From Zygnema circumcarinatum SAG 698-1b (Eukaryota > Plantae > Zygnematophyceae), in contig CM074811.1 in NCBI GenBank assembly GCA_037447605.1, positions 434,001-498,000 of the forward strand: a stretch of DNA of 64,000 nucleotides, written 5' to 3'. Of this stretch, positions 31,001-41,815 are shown in pieces. The stretch's first letter is position 1; each line of letters starts with the position of its first letter. The translations under genes and the position numbers were made by a program. The notes under the pieces were generated by a model. It was not told the origin of the DNA. It searched no databases and saw nothing but the letters and a program-made list of their open reading frames with translations.

Positions 31001-32446
31001 AATCCTCTCCTGGATCAACCGCACCCTCCAAGTCCAAGGCCTGGGACCAACCCTTCTCAGGCTGGCCCTCGCATGGCTCGAAAACTCGCATGCCCAAGCC
31101 TCCTATGCCACTTCTGCACCTCAGTCTCAGGTAGCTAAGCAAAACTGACTCTCCTTCTTCTCAAGGCTTACTCGTGCTAAGGCAATAACCCTCTCTGGAT
31201 CCCCTGAAATAAGACATTCATTTCTTATGTCTAGCCACGCAATTCTCCTTATCAAAAGTGACTGAGTAACCCCTGTCGCACACTTGTCCCACAGACACAA
31301 AGTTGTGCTGCAACCCAGCGGTATAAAGCACGTTACCAATCATGGTAGCTGCCCCTTCACTCTCTCCTCCTAAGACGATCCCCACGTCGCCTCCGTTGGT
31401 CACGTTCACTTCCACACCAGTCGCTGACTGAACTGAACGAGGGGCCTGGAGCGATCTCATCTCGTAGAACAACCCCCAGTCTGCACACATGTGCGTCGAC
31501 GCCCCTAAATCAATGAGCCACGGCTTCTCGGGGTCCTTCACACATTCTCCCCACAAACTCCACATGCTCCTTCTCAGCAAACATCAAGTTTGTATCAGTA
31601 GCAGCACTTCTGCAATCAATGCTCTTGTGACCCTTCTTCTTGCACTTGAAGCAAGCGCCTGTGAACTCCTTCTTGCTCGACTTCGTCTTGGCGTCCCCTC
31701 CCTTCACTTGGGCCGCCTTGCCGGAACGGCACTCGTTGGAGTAGTGACCTGGCTTCCCACAAGTGAAGCATGTCCCCTTGGGACGATCTCCGCCACCTCC
31801 TCCTTTCGCCTTGCCTTTCCCAAAAGGCTTCCCCTTCATCGCCAACACGCTCTCACTCGCATCGGATGCGTCATGAAGAGCGTCCTCTTCACGAATCCGC
31901 TTCTTCACCTGCTCAAAGGTCAAAGAAGAAGTGGTAAGAACTGTTCGAAGGGCGCTACATGTGCCGTAGAAGGAGCCGGCGGGGGACCAAGCAAAGTGAA
32001 CTCATTATAATGCTGACTCAAGACCCTTGCCCGTCACCGCGAAGCGCTGCATCAAGGCTGCGGAGCACTCCTGTAGTCCAGTCGGCTTCTCATCCAAGCT
32101 CATCTTCATCTTACAGGAGTGGTGTGCAGGTGCACGCTATGACAACCTCCGCATCGTACATGTCCTCCAAACACTTCCACATCTCATGTGGCATCATGGG
32201 GTCATAGAGCGTGTATGAAGGCGTCCCCTTCACACTCATTGCAAGTGTTGATGATGGCCTTGTTGTCACGGGCCTTCTGCAAGCTCCTCCACGGATGTCA
32301 CGGGCGCTTAGCTTTCCCGTCCACATGACCAGGAAGTCCCTTCCCTTCAGGTATGGGAGTCAGCCGCCACTTCCATCCCTTGTAGTCTGTCCCATCAAAT
32401 GCAGGGACATTAAACTTCACACTAGCCCCGGTTTCCTCTTCACCAT
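28053..32446 (-). pseudogene. Disrupted Copia gag-pol
   Basis: Gag CCHC knuckles CFTCGKPGHYSNEC and CFKCKKKGHKSIDC; protease WLIDLGASTHM; integrase LRSDNGGEF...PQSNGAAERVNRT; RT KWVFKVK, RYKVRLVAKGYSQKEGVDY.ETFAPV, QLDIKTAFLYG, VYVDDLIM; RNase H YTDADWGGD, LSSTEAEY, TDNQS. Split over many frames. Confidence 0.92.
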
Positions 32447-32462
32447 GAGCTCTGATACCACT

Positions 32463-33351
32463 TGTGAGAGGGGCAGAGGGATGAGAAGCAAATTCACCTT
32501 CCACCCTTTCTCCCTCTTCACTGTCCATGGAAACTTCCCTCCTGGTGCCCGCAGCACTCTCACTCATTTTTCACTCACGTGCATACACAACACACGAGAG
32601 GCGGAATAGAAAAACGTAGGAGAAAGCTCCCAGCCTAAAACTCCTTTATAATGATGACAAGCTTTCCAACTCAAGCCCCCATAAGCCTAGCCAAGCTTTC
32701 AACACATGATCACTTCACCTTCACGTGAGGGCGGCTCTCCACAGCACGAGAGATCCTCACAAAGGTCCACTGTGTTGCCAAACCATACCTTCGAAACTAC
32801 ATCACCTTAGATGCTTATAGAAGGTTTTTAACTTACACACCCACTCTCACTATATAGTATGGGGCTATGACGTGACCATGTCACATCACACGCACACATG
32901 CAACAACCTTATTCCAAACAACCTAAATAAACTATCGTGTCTTGCTATGCATAGTACACCAGCCTGGCAACGTTCGACCACCCCGCTCTAACCCAGATGG
33001 CCATGTACTCTACGCCGAGCTGAAACTCTCACCGTCACCCACAAGGACTATCTTCCGTACAGCAAAGTATCGCTCCCGCGCCTCACCGACTCCGGCGTAC
33101 TTCGCCGCCGCATCGTTCCACTCGATCCGTACTCCAGGACCGATTCCTCGGCGCGGTTACCGATGTGGGACTCCCGGCCGTGCTGCCGACCGTCGGCCAT
33201 GCCGGTCCATACTATCCGTACAGGTGCGCGGTCAATCTCGCCAACGCGCAGCACGCTGAAGTAAGTCCGTCCCCATACATGTCACCTAGAAGCACACCAG
33301 AACAAAGCACCAACACAAACATATAGTCTGAACTAACTATGTACACTAACA
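32463..33351 (-). repeat. Middle Copia LTR (889 bp), with a PBS on one side and a PPT on the other
   Basis: Homologous to 27119-28034 with many small indels. Confidence 0.9.
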
Positions 33352-35506
33352 TTCCCCCTCTTTGGCACTTTAGCTCCTGAGGGCTCCCGTTCGTAGACCC
33401 GGATTAATCCTCAAGTCTCACCGCTGGCTGCCTTGGTCAACATGTGGGCTGCCTCCCTGGTTACAATGACTTGATCCTGGCAAGTCCCCTCTCTCACCTC
33501 CTGTCTCACGTAATGGTATTGGATCAGAAATGCTTGCTCAATTTGTGGAACACCAGATTCCCCATAGAGCGGTGGAGGGGCTGGTTGTCGTGAAGGTGGT
33601 AAGGAAGATGAGGCCGCTCACACTGCCAAAGGCCGCAAGCCACACACACTCTATCTCAGTGCGCGTGGCCTACCATATACTCTGCTCAAGTGTATGGAGA
33701 AGCAAGCCCTCCAAAAGTGGAATTCTATCCTGAGTGGCCCCACTGCATTCAAGAAGCATATCCAGATGTGAGGACGGGATGAACCCAAATCCCCTCCCCG
33801 GAGTCACTATACTCTATGCAGCCATAGACTGCAAACACAGCAAAGTCCCCCTTCTAGAACATGAGCCATAATCCACGGTTCCCTTAGAAACCGAAATATA
33901 CACTGAGCTGCTTCCAATGCTCCTGGCCAAGGGTTCTGCCATGATCTGCTTGCCGTGTTCACGGCTTTCGCAAGGTCAGGCCTCGTGCCTGTCATCAAAT
34001 ACATGAGGCTCCCAATCGCAGATCGATATGGCACTCCTCCATCCCTTCCCTCCTCCTCTCTAGACGGGGACATCTCTCGTGAAGCGACTCCGGCCTCCAT
34101 GGGACTTGTGCAGTGGCCTGCACTCCCACATGTTGAACTTCAGCGCACATCTGCGTGCTTTCCTTTAACAAAGGAATAGTGAACCATCTCAGCCCCTACT
34201 TCACTGGACCCCCAAGGATCTGGGCCTCTCAAGGTCAGTCGTCTGGAAATTCTGCTGCAAGAGCTCCTTCGTCTCCAATGCTGCGGAGAGACTGCTGGTC
34301 ATGATCAGGTCATCAATGAGTTCCGACAAAGCATTTATCATCATGCTCGCAAATGAGTACACACAAGTATCAAGTCTCAAAACAATCAAACCCGTAGCCC
34401 TGTGAGCCGTCGATCTTCTCATGCCCACACGCGGCCTCCTTCGGCCCATACAAACTCTCACAAAGTCTGACACGCATTCTTTTCCTTCTCGCGTTTCCCT
34501 CCTCGGCTGCTCGTGTATCTCTTCATCAGATCTCCGTACAGAGAAGGCGGTCCTTGATGTCCGGCTGGTGGACATGTCATCCCTCTTCCAGGCTCCGATG
34601 GAATGAAGAGCGGAGTTTGAACTTCACCCACAGGAGCGAAGGTCTCTCTGTCATCGGCTCCTTCTCAGCCTGTGGGCCCTCGGCCACGAGTCGCACCTTG
34701 TACCTGTGGATGTGCCTCCCGTCCCCACCTTCCTCTAACCTTGAAGACCCATTTGCGGCCCGATCGGCAGCGGTCCCAAGGCGGGAGCTTCTGCGCCCGG
34801 CTGGTGGGTGAGCTGTCCCACTTGGTCTGGTCAGCCTGCTCCACTTGATCTGACCTAGCCCTTGGCAGCTTCCCAGGTAATGTGGGGCTCGGCAGCATGA
34901 GCCATGTGGCGAAGATGAGCAATCATGTCCATGTCACACTGAGAATGATAGGGATAATCCTGACATGCTTTTCAATGTCTTGGCATGCGCTTTGGGTTGC
35001 TGAGCAAACCAGTTCTGGAAGCAGTTTAAAAGCCACCTGGTCCTCCCCACTTGTGTTCATGGCAAAGGGATGCTGTTGGCACCACCAACTAGCAATGGAC
35101 TGGTGCAGTCCTTCCTTTGGCTGAGAAGGCTATCTCTCTTAACAACTTTAGCTGCTCGCTGCACGTGGTTCTAAAGCCACCAACTTATGCGGCATACTGG
35201 CTGCCTCCTCTCGTGAACTGGAGGTCTCCTCCTGAGACTTCGTAGCTGATGCCTCCACCGATGGTCCCACAGACTCCTGCATGTCTCCCCAATGTGGAGA
35301 ACCCAAGGGAGTAAAGGTCACCGGTTTTGTCTCATCATCACTCTCTGACTCTACAGGCCGTCGTGAATGAATTGGCGTGGCACTCTCCTCCGTCTGAGCT
35401 TGAGTGGCCACTGGCACCTTCTCTTGCTCAGGGTGACTCACAATCACTTCACCTTCATAGGTGAATCCGAGTGGACACGACTCATCAGCACGCCTCCATG
35501 AGTGGG
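33352..35506 (-). pseudogene. Partial second copy of the Copia RH/RT region, unevenly degraded
   Basis: Collinear with about 28035-30220; heavily indel-ridden from 33352 to about 35160, then much cleaner up to the N gap at 35507-35516. Confidence 0.85.
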
Positions 35507-35516
35507 NNNNNNNNNN
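35507..35516. other. Assembly gap (N run)
   Basis: Ten Ns; a second N run lies at 46753-46761. Confidence 1.
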
Positions 35517-35754
35517 CCGTACTCCAGGACCGATTCCTCGGCGCGGTACCAAATGTCGGACTCCCGGCCGTACTGTCCGTACCGACCGTACCGACCATAC
35601 GGTCCATACTATCCGTACGGTTGCGCGGTCGGTCTCGCCGACGCGCACACGCTGAAGTAAGTCCGTCCCCATACATGTCACACCTAGAAGCACACCCCTA
35701 GGAACTAAGCGCCAACACAAACATGCTAATCTGAACTAACTATGTACACTAACA
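35517..35754 (-). repeat. Outer (5') Copia LTR fragment after the assembly gap
   Basis: Matches about 27800-28034; ends CTAACA followed by the TSD CGGAT. Confidence 0.9.
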
Positions 35755-36867
35755 CGGATAGTACAAATAGTACGACTAACACAAAGTTACCGTACAAAAA
35801 GGTGGTTTCGGCAAAATCGGTGCGAATTGATTGGTGACGCACTGTTGAAGGTGGAAAATATGACGAGGGAAAACTTTCATACGAGGACCCTCTGTACTGT
35901 AGGAGCTTCTGTAGATAAATGTACGGCACCAATAGGAGTTTGCGACAGGGCCCGGCCAAATAGCCCGTGATTTGGTTAGATTTATTCATGGATTATTTAT
36001 TAGCATTGCCTCGCTTCTACGCTTCTTCGGCGTGCTGCGGTTGTTGGTGATCGTGTTGGTGGACTTCCGCCGCTCCCTCCTCGCGATGTGCCTCACATCG
36101 GTGACCTTCGCAGCTGCTTCTAGGGCTGCGTTGTGCGCCTAGGCGTAGTTTTCCGCTCCTAGCTTCGTGTTATTGTGTTTCGGTCCTTTGTGACCAGTCC
36201 CTCGTGGTTCCACATTTTGCTTTTGTCCACGTACATTTGATGGCCTCGCCATCGCGAGTTCAATGAAAGTTTCCTGCTTTTTTTTTTTACTCAGTCCCCT
36301 AGGGAAAAACCTTATTATTTATTAATTATTTAGGTTTTTCAATGGCTTATTAAAGACCCGAGCGGCCATGCGCGTCCGTACAGAGGGAAACAGTACGGCC
36401 GCAGGTCGGACTCTAACATAATACCGCCCGCGCCTATTGTTACCACGGGTTCCCTTATGTTTTCAAATTCTTTCGCCCAAAAGCATTTTTCGTTTTTAAT
36501 CCTTTTTTACATCTGCCCGGCCGGAAGGGGTGTTTGGATCCAAAAAAAGGGGTGGAAATAACGCTACCTTCCTATAATAACCTATAATAACCGTCCCACG
36601 TCAACGTGTCACCGTCGAATTTCCTTGACCGACGCTGATTAGTCCACAGCGCGTAATTTGCTCGCGGCATCCCCTTGTGATGTCGGTGCCATATGAAGTA
36701 ATAATAACCCCGCGCCAGCAAAGCCTCCGTCCGTCCCTGTCCCAAGCCACGGCGGAGGTAGGCGTCCTCCCTCCCCGCAGGCCCCTCCCTCCCCTCCCCG
36801 CCCTCTCCTCGCCTCTGGCCGCCCCGCCGTCACGTCCCCTGGTGTCTCCGGCGGGCGCTTGGCCGCG

Positions 36868-39800
36868 ATGGCGCGCGCGCGGTCTCTCTCTCTCGCGGCG
36901 GCGCTCCTCCTCTTTGCCGCCGCCGCCGCCCCGCGCGAAGCCGCCGCTCAGGCCATCGACCCGCGAGACAGTGAGCCGCCGCGGCCCGCCCGCCCGCCCT
37001 CTATGGAAGAAGGGGAGAGGCGGCCTGCCCGCGGCGGGGCCTCTGTTTGTGCTTTTTGAAGCAAACCGCGGCCTCAATCCAATCCTGCATCTGCTCGCGC
37101 TTGGGCGCAGGGGACACTCTTCTCGCTGTCAAAGCTGCATTCACCAACGGAAAACAAAACCTATACACCTGGAAAGCGAGTGACACCGACTGCAGAAAAT
37201 GGAATGGGATCGCATGCGACGAAAGTGGGCGCGTTATTGAGCTGTGAGCCACACTTTGACTGAACACCACTTGTGATGTTGGAGGGCTCCGTGGATTCCA
37301 TAGCTGCTGTACTGCAGGCTGAGGCTGCGAGGAGGGTTTTTCGGGAAGAAGCCTCCTCAGATAGTGGCTACAATGGGCGGCCTGGAGCAGTCCTACTGCC
37401 CGCGACCCTTTCTTCTTCTGACACTCGCACTGCTAACCTGCCTTCTGCAGAGATTTATCGACGGTTTCCTACGGCCTTAAAGGGAGCATTTCACCTGCCA
37501 TCGGCAAACTTGCGAAACTGAACTACTTGTAAGTCTTTTTCCCCACAAATCTGAAATGAAAGTGATAAGAATCCCAGACAGAGAAATGCCAGTGATAGAA
37601 ATGCTAGTCGTGGCAGCATGTTTATTCAGTTCCTATTTTTTTTATTTTTGGCAGATTGCTGGGTCGTAATTTCCTAACGGGGTCTATCCCGAATTCTATC
37701 GGCAACCTTACGAATCTGCAAGTATTGTAAGTATTTTTCCCCATAAATCTGAAATGATAGAGATAGAAATGTCAGACAGAGGAATGCCAGTGGCAGAAAT
37801 GCTAGTCGTGATGTTTATTCAGCGCCTATTTTTTATTTTTGGCAGATACTTGGCAGAAAATTCCCTAACGGGGTCTATCCCGGATTCTATCGGCAACCTT
37901 ACGAATCTCTACTACTTGTAAGTATTTAGTATTTTAAGTATTGTAAGTATTTTTCCCTTTAAATCTGAAATGAATGTAGTAGAAATGATAGTCGTGGCAG
38001 CATGTTCATTCAGTGCCCTTTTTTTTCTTTTTTGGCAGAAACTTGGCTTCTAATTCCCTAACGGGGTCTATACCGGATTTTTTCGGCAACTTTGGGATTC
38101 TGTTTTTCTTGTAAGTATTATTCCTTTTAAATCTGAATTGAAAGTGATGGAAATGCCATACAGAGAAATGCTAGTCGTGCCAGCATGTTTATTCAGTGCC
38201 TATTTTTTCTATTTTTGGCAGATACTTGGATTCTAATTCTCTAAGGGGAACTATCCCGAATTCTATCGGCAACCTTGCGTTTCTTAGTGACTTGTAAGTA
38301 TTTAAGAAGCTGAAAGCCCCTCGCACCGTATCGAACGTATTAAACCTTACTGACTTGTCGAAAATCTTCCAACCAATCACGCCGCAGTGTCAGATACGCT
38401 TCAGATCTTCCCTGCGCCATTTGTCGAGAATCTCCCAACCAATCACGCTGCAGTATCAGATACGCTTCAGATCTTCCCTGCGCCACTTGATCGAGAATCT
38501 TCCATCCAATCACGCCGCAGTGTCAGATACGCTTCAGATTCTTCCCTGCGCCGCTTGTCGAGAATCCTCCAACCAATCACGCTGTAGTATCAGATACGCT
38601 TCAGATCTTCCCTGCGCCACTTGATCGAGAATCTTCCATCCAATCACGCCGCAGTGTCAGATACACTTCAGATTCTTCCCTGCGCCACACTTTCGATCCG
38701 TCCGCCGCCTTACCGTTCCTCCTCTCGTTCTTCCTTCTGCCGGTGCCTGCGAGCGCTGCCTTCCGCCCTTGAAAGGATCCGTGTCAGCCCAACTGCGCGT
38801 GTCCCTTGGCGGCATCTCCTCCTCCATGCCATATGCTGCGCAGAGCAGTTCACCCCCTCCTCCCTCCATGGAGGAGGAGATGCCGGGAAGCTGCTCATTG
38901 GTCGTTTGGCACGTGGCAACTTCGAGCTTCGGTTTGCATTTGAGCCATCATTCAACCGAGTCTCATTTTGTTTTTTTTCTTTTGCCTCAAAACATCCGCC
39001 GAGCTCGTGAAGCGTTTTATGAAGATCGGTGGATGCTGATTAACATGCAGACGCTTTACGAATTCCGACGGGCGTCATCCCGAACTCTATTGGAAATCTC
39101 GCAAATTTGCATGATTTGTATGAATTTGTATGGCCTTTTTTCTGACATTATAAGTGCAATGACTTAGTGCATCTTGCAAAGCAGCAACGTTCGATGTCGT
39201 GTGTCCATGCTTGCGTGGCAAATCTTTGCCGCGTAGTTGTTTTCACTTTTGTTGTTTACATGCGAGTCGAATTTTAATCTCGCACTCGTTTCTGTGAGAC
39301 TGTGTTTGAGAATTCGACTATTGAACGTGGATTTGAATACCTGATGTACTCCGCCTGTTTAGTCCTGAACAGCCTTATCCTTTTCGTTGACCTTTTTGCC
39401 GTTATGTTTGTGTGTAGGGACCTGAGCAGCAACAAACTGGAGGGGAGAGTGCCCGGCTCCATCTCTAAACTCACCGGATTGGAACGACTGTAAGCACCGT
39501 TGCATCGATAACGCTGTATTTGCAGTTTGAGTTTTTACAAATGCTCGGCCAAGCATTTGTACCTCTCAAACTATTACATTTATTTCACGCTTGCATGAGT
39601 TTAAAGTTGATCTCATATTTTTGGTCACTTCTGTCACGGCGCGATTCTTTTTGACGCACAATAACGCGCAGTTTTGCATGCGAGAGATTGGGCTTCGTTG
39701 TTGAGATTTTAGGATTTAGAGTTTATGGAGTAGGGTCAGGGTTTAGGCTTTAAGATTGTAAGTCTTAAAGGTCGAGGGGTTCAAGGGCTTATGAGGTAAA

Positions 39801-41178
39801 GGATTTAGAAGCTTTGGGGGTTTAGTGGGTTCATTTTTATGGGATTGCAGGTAGAATGGACGTAGGGAATGGCTTAAAGGTTTAGGGTTCAGTGTTTGAG
39901 GGTTGAAGATTACGCAGGGTCGTGAAGATGGAGTCAGAGACTTTGCAGACAGAACAAGCAAATATTTTCAGTGGCTGTGACACAAGGAAGATTTGAACGG
40001 GTTCTGTGGGAAAGTTCCCTCTCTCTATCCTTCTCTCTAACGCGCGACCCTCAATGTCATCAGGTACTTAAACAATAACAAGTTGACTGGCTCCATAACT
40101 CTTGTGAGCGATGACTTTTCTATCCTGAATGTCCAAGACAACTACTTCTCCGGGCCAATCAACATTACAAAGAATGGGCGACCTTATTGCGTCTCCAACC
40201 ATACCAACAATTGCATTTATCGCGATATCACAGGATGTGGCGCAACTCAAAAGCAGAGACCTAAGAAACAATGCGCGGCCTTCTACCAGAGCGGTTCGCC
40301 CGAGGGAGCGTGCGGGGGCCACGGCACGTGCGGGTACGACACGGCCACGTGTACATGCGACAAGGGATATGCGCTGGCATCCGGCACGTGCGGTGAGTCG
40401 CAACGTGCTGCTTGTAGATACTCGCAAGAAAGGTGAAGAAAAGGGTGGCATAGGTTGTGGAAACTATCGCATTGCTATCAACTTTTACACTGTCGTTACT
40501 GATAGAGCACACTGAATGGGATCCAGTTGATGCCGCCAATAGAAGTGGTTCAAGTCCCGACCTTCTAGAAACACATGGTAGAAAAACTTGGTGAACTCTG
40601 CAAGCCCATTCAAAAAGTGGTGTAGAGCTAATTAGGATATATCGAGTGCTGCTCCGATATCATGGTTTTAGCTTTCAATAATTTTATCGACCCAATGCAA
40701 TCCCGTGCAAGCTACAACATATCTTGTCTGCATTTGCAGTAGCTAGATAACTTGCGAGTTTGACTTTTTCTTCTTTTCAAAGAGAATTGCGTAGCCCGAG
40801 AAATGACACGGGATGACACTGATTGTCCGTGGAGATGGATATACCCTGAGATGCACATAGATGATGAAATAGGATGTCAAAAGTCTTGAAGTAAGTTTAT
40901 TTTCATTTTTAAGGGTTTTCATTTCGTTTTGCATCCTCCCAGAACGTTTATAAGGACGTGATTCGATTAGATTATGTAAGCTATGGAAGAAGTGAGTTCG
41001 CCTTTAATTATGAACGGGAACTCACAAAATGCTCTGCATTCCTGCAGCTTCACGATCCCCTCCTCCGCGCCCACCTCCTCCCCGTCCTCGGCCCCCTTCA
41101 AAAAGTCCCCCTCCACGTAAACCTCCTCCCAGCCGTCGACCCCCTCCTCGACGTCCCCCTCCGCGCCGTTCTCCTTGA
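36868..41178 (+). CDS. Secreted leucine-rich repeat protein with Cys-rich/EGF-like domain and basic Pro-rich tail (LRX-like architecture), about 377 aa
   Basis: Exons: 36868-36970, 37111-37243, 37451-37528, 37655-37726, 37846-37917, 38039-38110, 38222-38293, 39418-39489, 40064-40392, 41048-41178 (sum 1134 nt, in frame). Signal peptide MARARSLSLAAALLLFAAAAA; LRRNT TLLAVKAAF..W..DCRKWNGIACD.SGRVIEL; plant LRRs LxxLxLxxNxLxGxIP; CGGHGTC..CTCDKGY..C; tail SRSPPPRPPPPRPRPPSKSPPPRKPPP. The last exon is inferred. Confidence 0.8.
38355..38688. repeat. 66-68 bp tandem repeat x5 with alternating A/B units in LRR-gene intron 7
   Basis: Units start at about 38355, 38421, 38487, 38555 and 38621; each contains CCAATCAC. 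Confidence 0.92.
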
Positions 41179-41679
41179 GCCCCTCCTCCAGTTACCGATG
41201 CTGGTACTCTTCGACTTGTCCCTTGACACCTCCTATGTAGTGTTGTCTTTCTTTTGATCATTTTGAAATGTTTGGATTCGACTCTGCACAATCGTTAACT
41301 TGAAGATGCGTTGCGGTCGATAACTGTTTGGTTATCGTTAGACTATCTGATGGGAAGTCAACTTTTGCTTTACCTTCCTTCGTCGGTCTCCTCTGCATGC
41401 AGGCGTGCCTTGAAGCGGCGGATCGGGGCCTGCGCGACGACACACCACCGACCAACCGCGGCCTCAACGAGTGCGCGTAGGTATGCGACTTTTGACGCAT
41501 GCGAGAGCGGCCCATTGGGCGCGTGACGCCTCTCCTCCCTCCTTCGCACCCTCAAAGGAAGTGGAGGCAGTCAAACTTAGTATAGCTCTACAGTAGTGCG
41601 CGTACCTGCACATGCATGGCATGATCAGGGAGTGGACGCACCATGGCAGTTGCATGCACAGGGGATGCATAAAGACACG

Positions 41680-41815
41680 TTGGATGGATGGATGGATGGA
41701 TGCGTGGATGGATGGATGGATGGATGGATGTATGGATGGATATATGGATGGATGCATGGATTGATGGATGGATATATGGATGGATGCATGGATTGATGGA
41801 TGGATAAATGCATAG
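41680..41815. repeat. Degenerate (GATG)n microsatellite
   Basis: Directly visible. Confidence 0.9.

Larger units (their letters stand above)
27119..35754 (-). mobile_element. Ty1/copia LTR retrotransposon locus (three LTR copies, frameshifted gag-pol), 5-bp TSD CGGAT
   Basis: TSD CGGAT at 27114-27118 and 35755-35759; TG...CA LTR ends; PBS TGGTATCAGAGC (tRNA-iMet) at 32449-32460; PPT AAGAGGGGGAA at 28035-28045 and 33352-33362; domain order gag-PR-INT-RT-RH. Confidence 0.93.
26222..35894. mobile_element. Second TA-flanked element of the same family, split by nested insertions (MITE and Copia)
   Basis: TA|CAGGGGGTCCTCGTCATATTTTCCACC at 26220 and CGAGGACCCTCTG|TA at 35882-35896; 35780-35860 resembles the arm at 25770-25835. 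About 560 bp remains after removing the insertions. Confidence 0.55.

Noticed and set aside
38355-38688. Regularly spaced repeats resembling a CRISPR array
   Set aside because: The units are contiguous with no unique spacers, there are no cas genes, and the location is a eukaryotic intron.
40540-40580. GTGGTTCAAGTCCC, a tRNA T-loop/B-box-like motif
   Set aside because: No A-box, acceptor stem or cloverleaf could be built around it.
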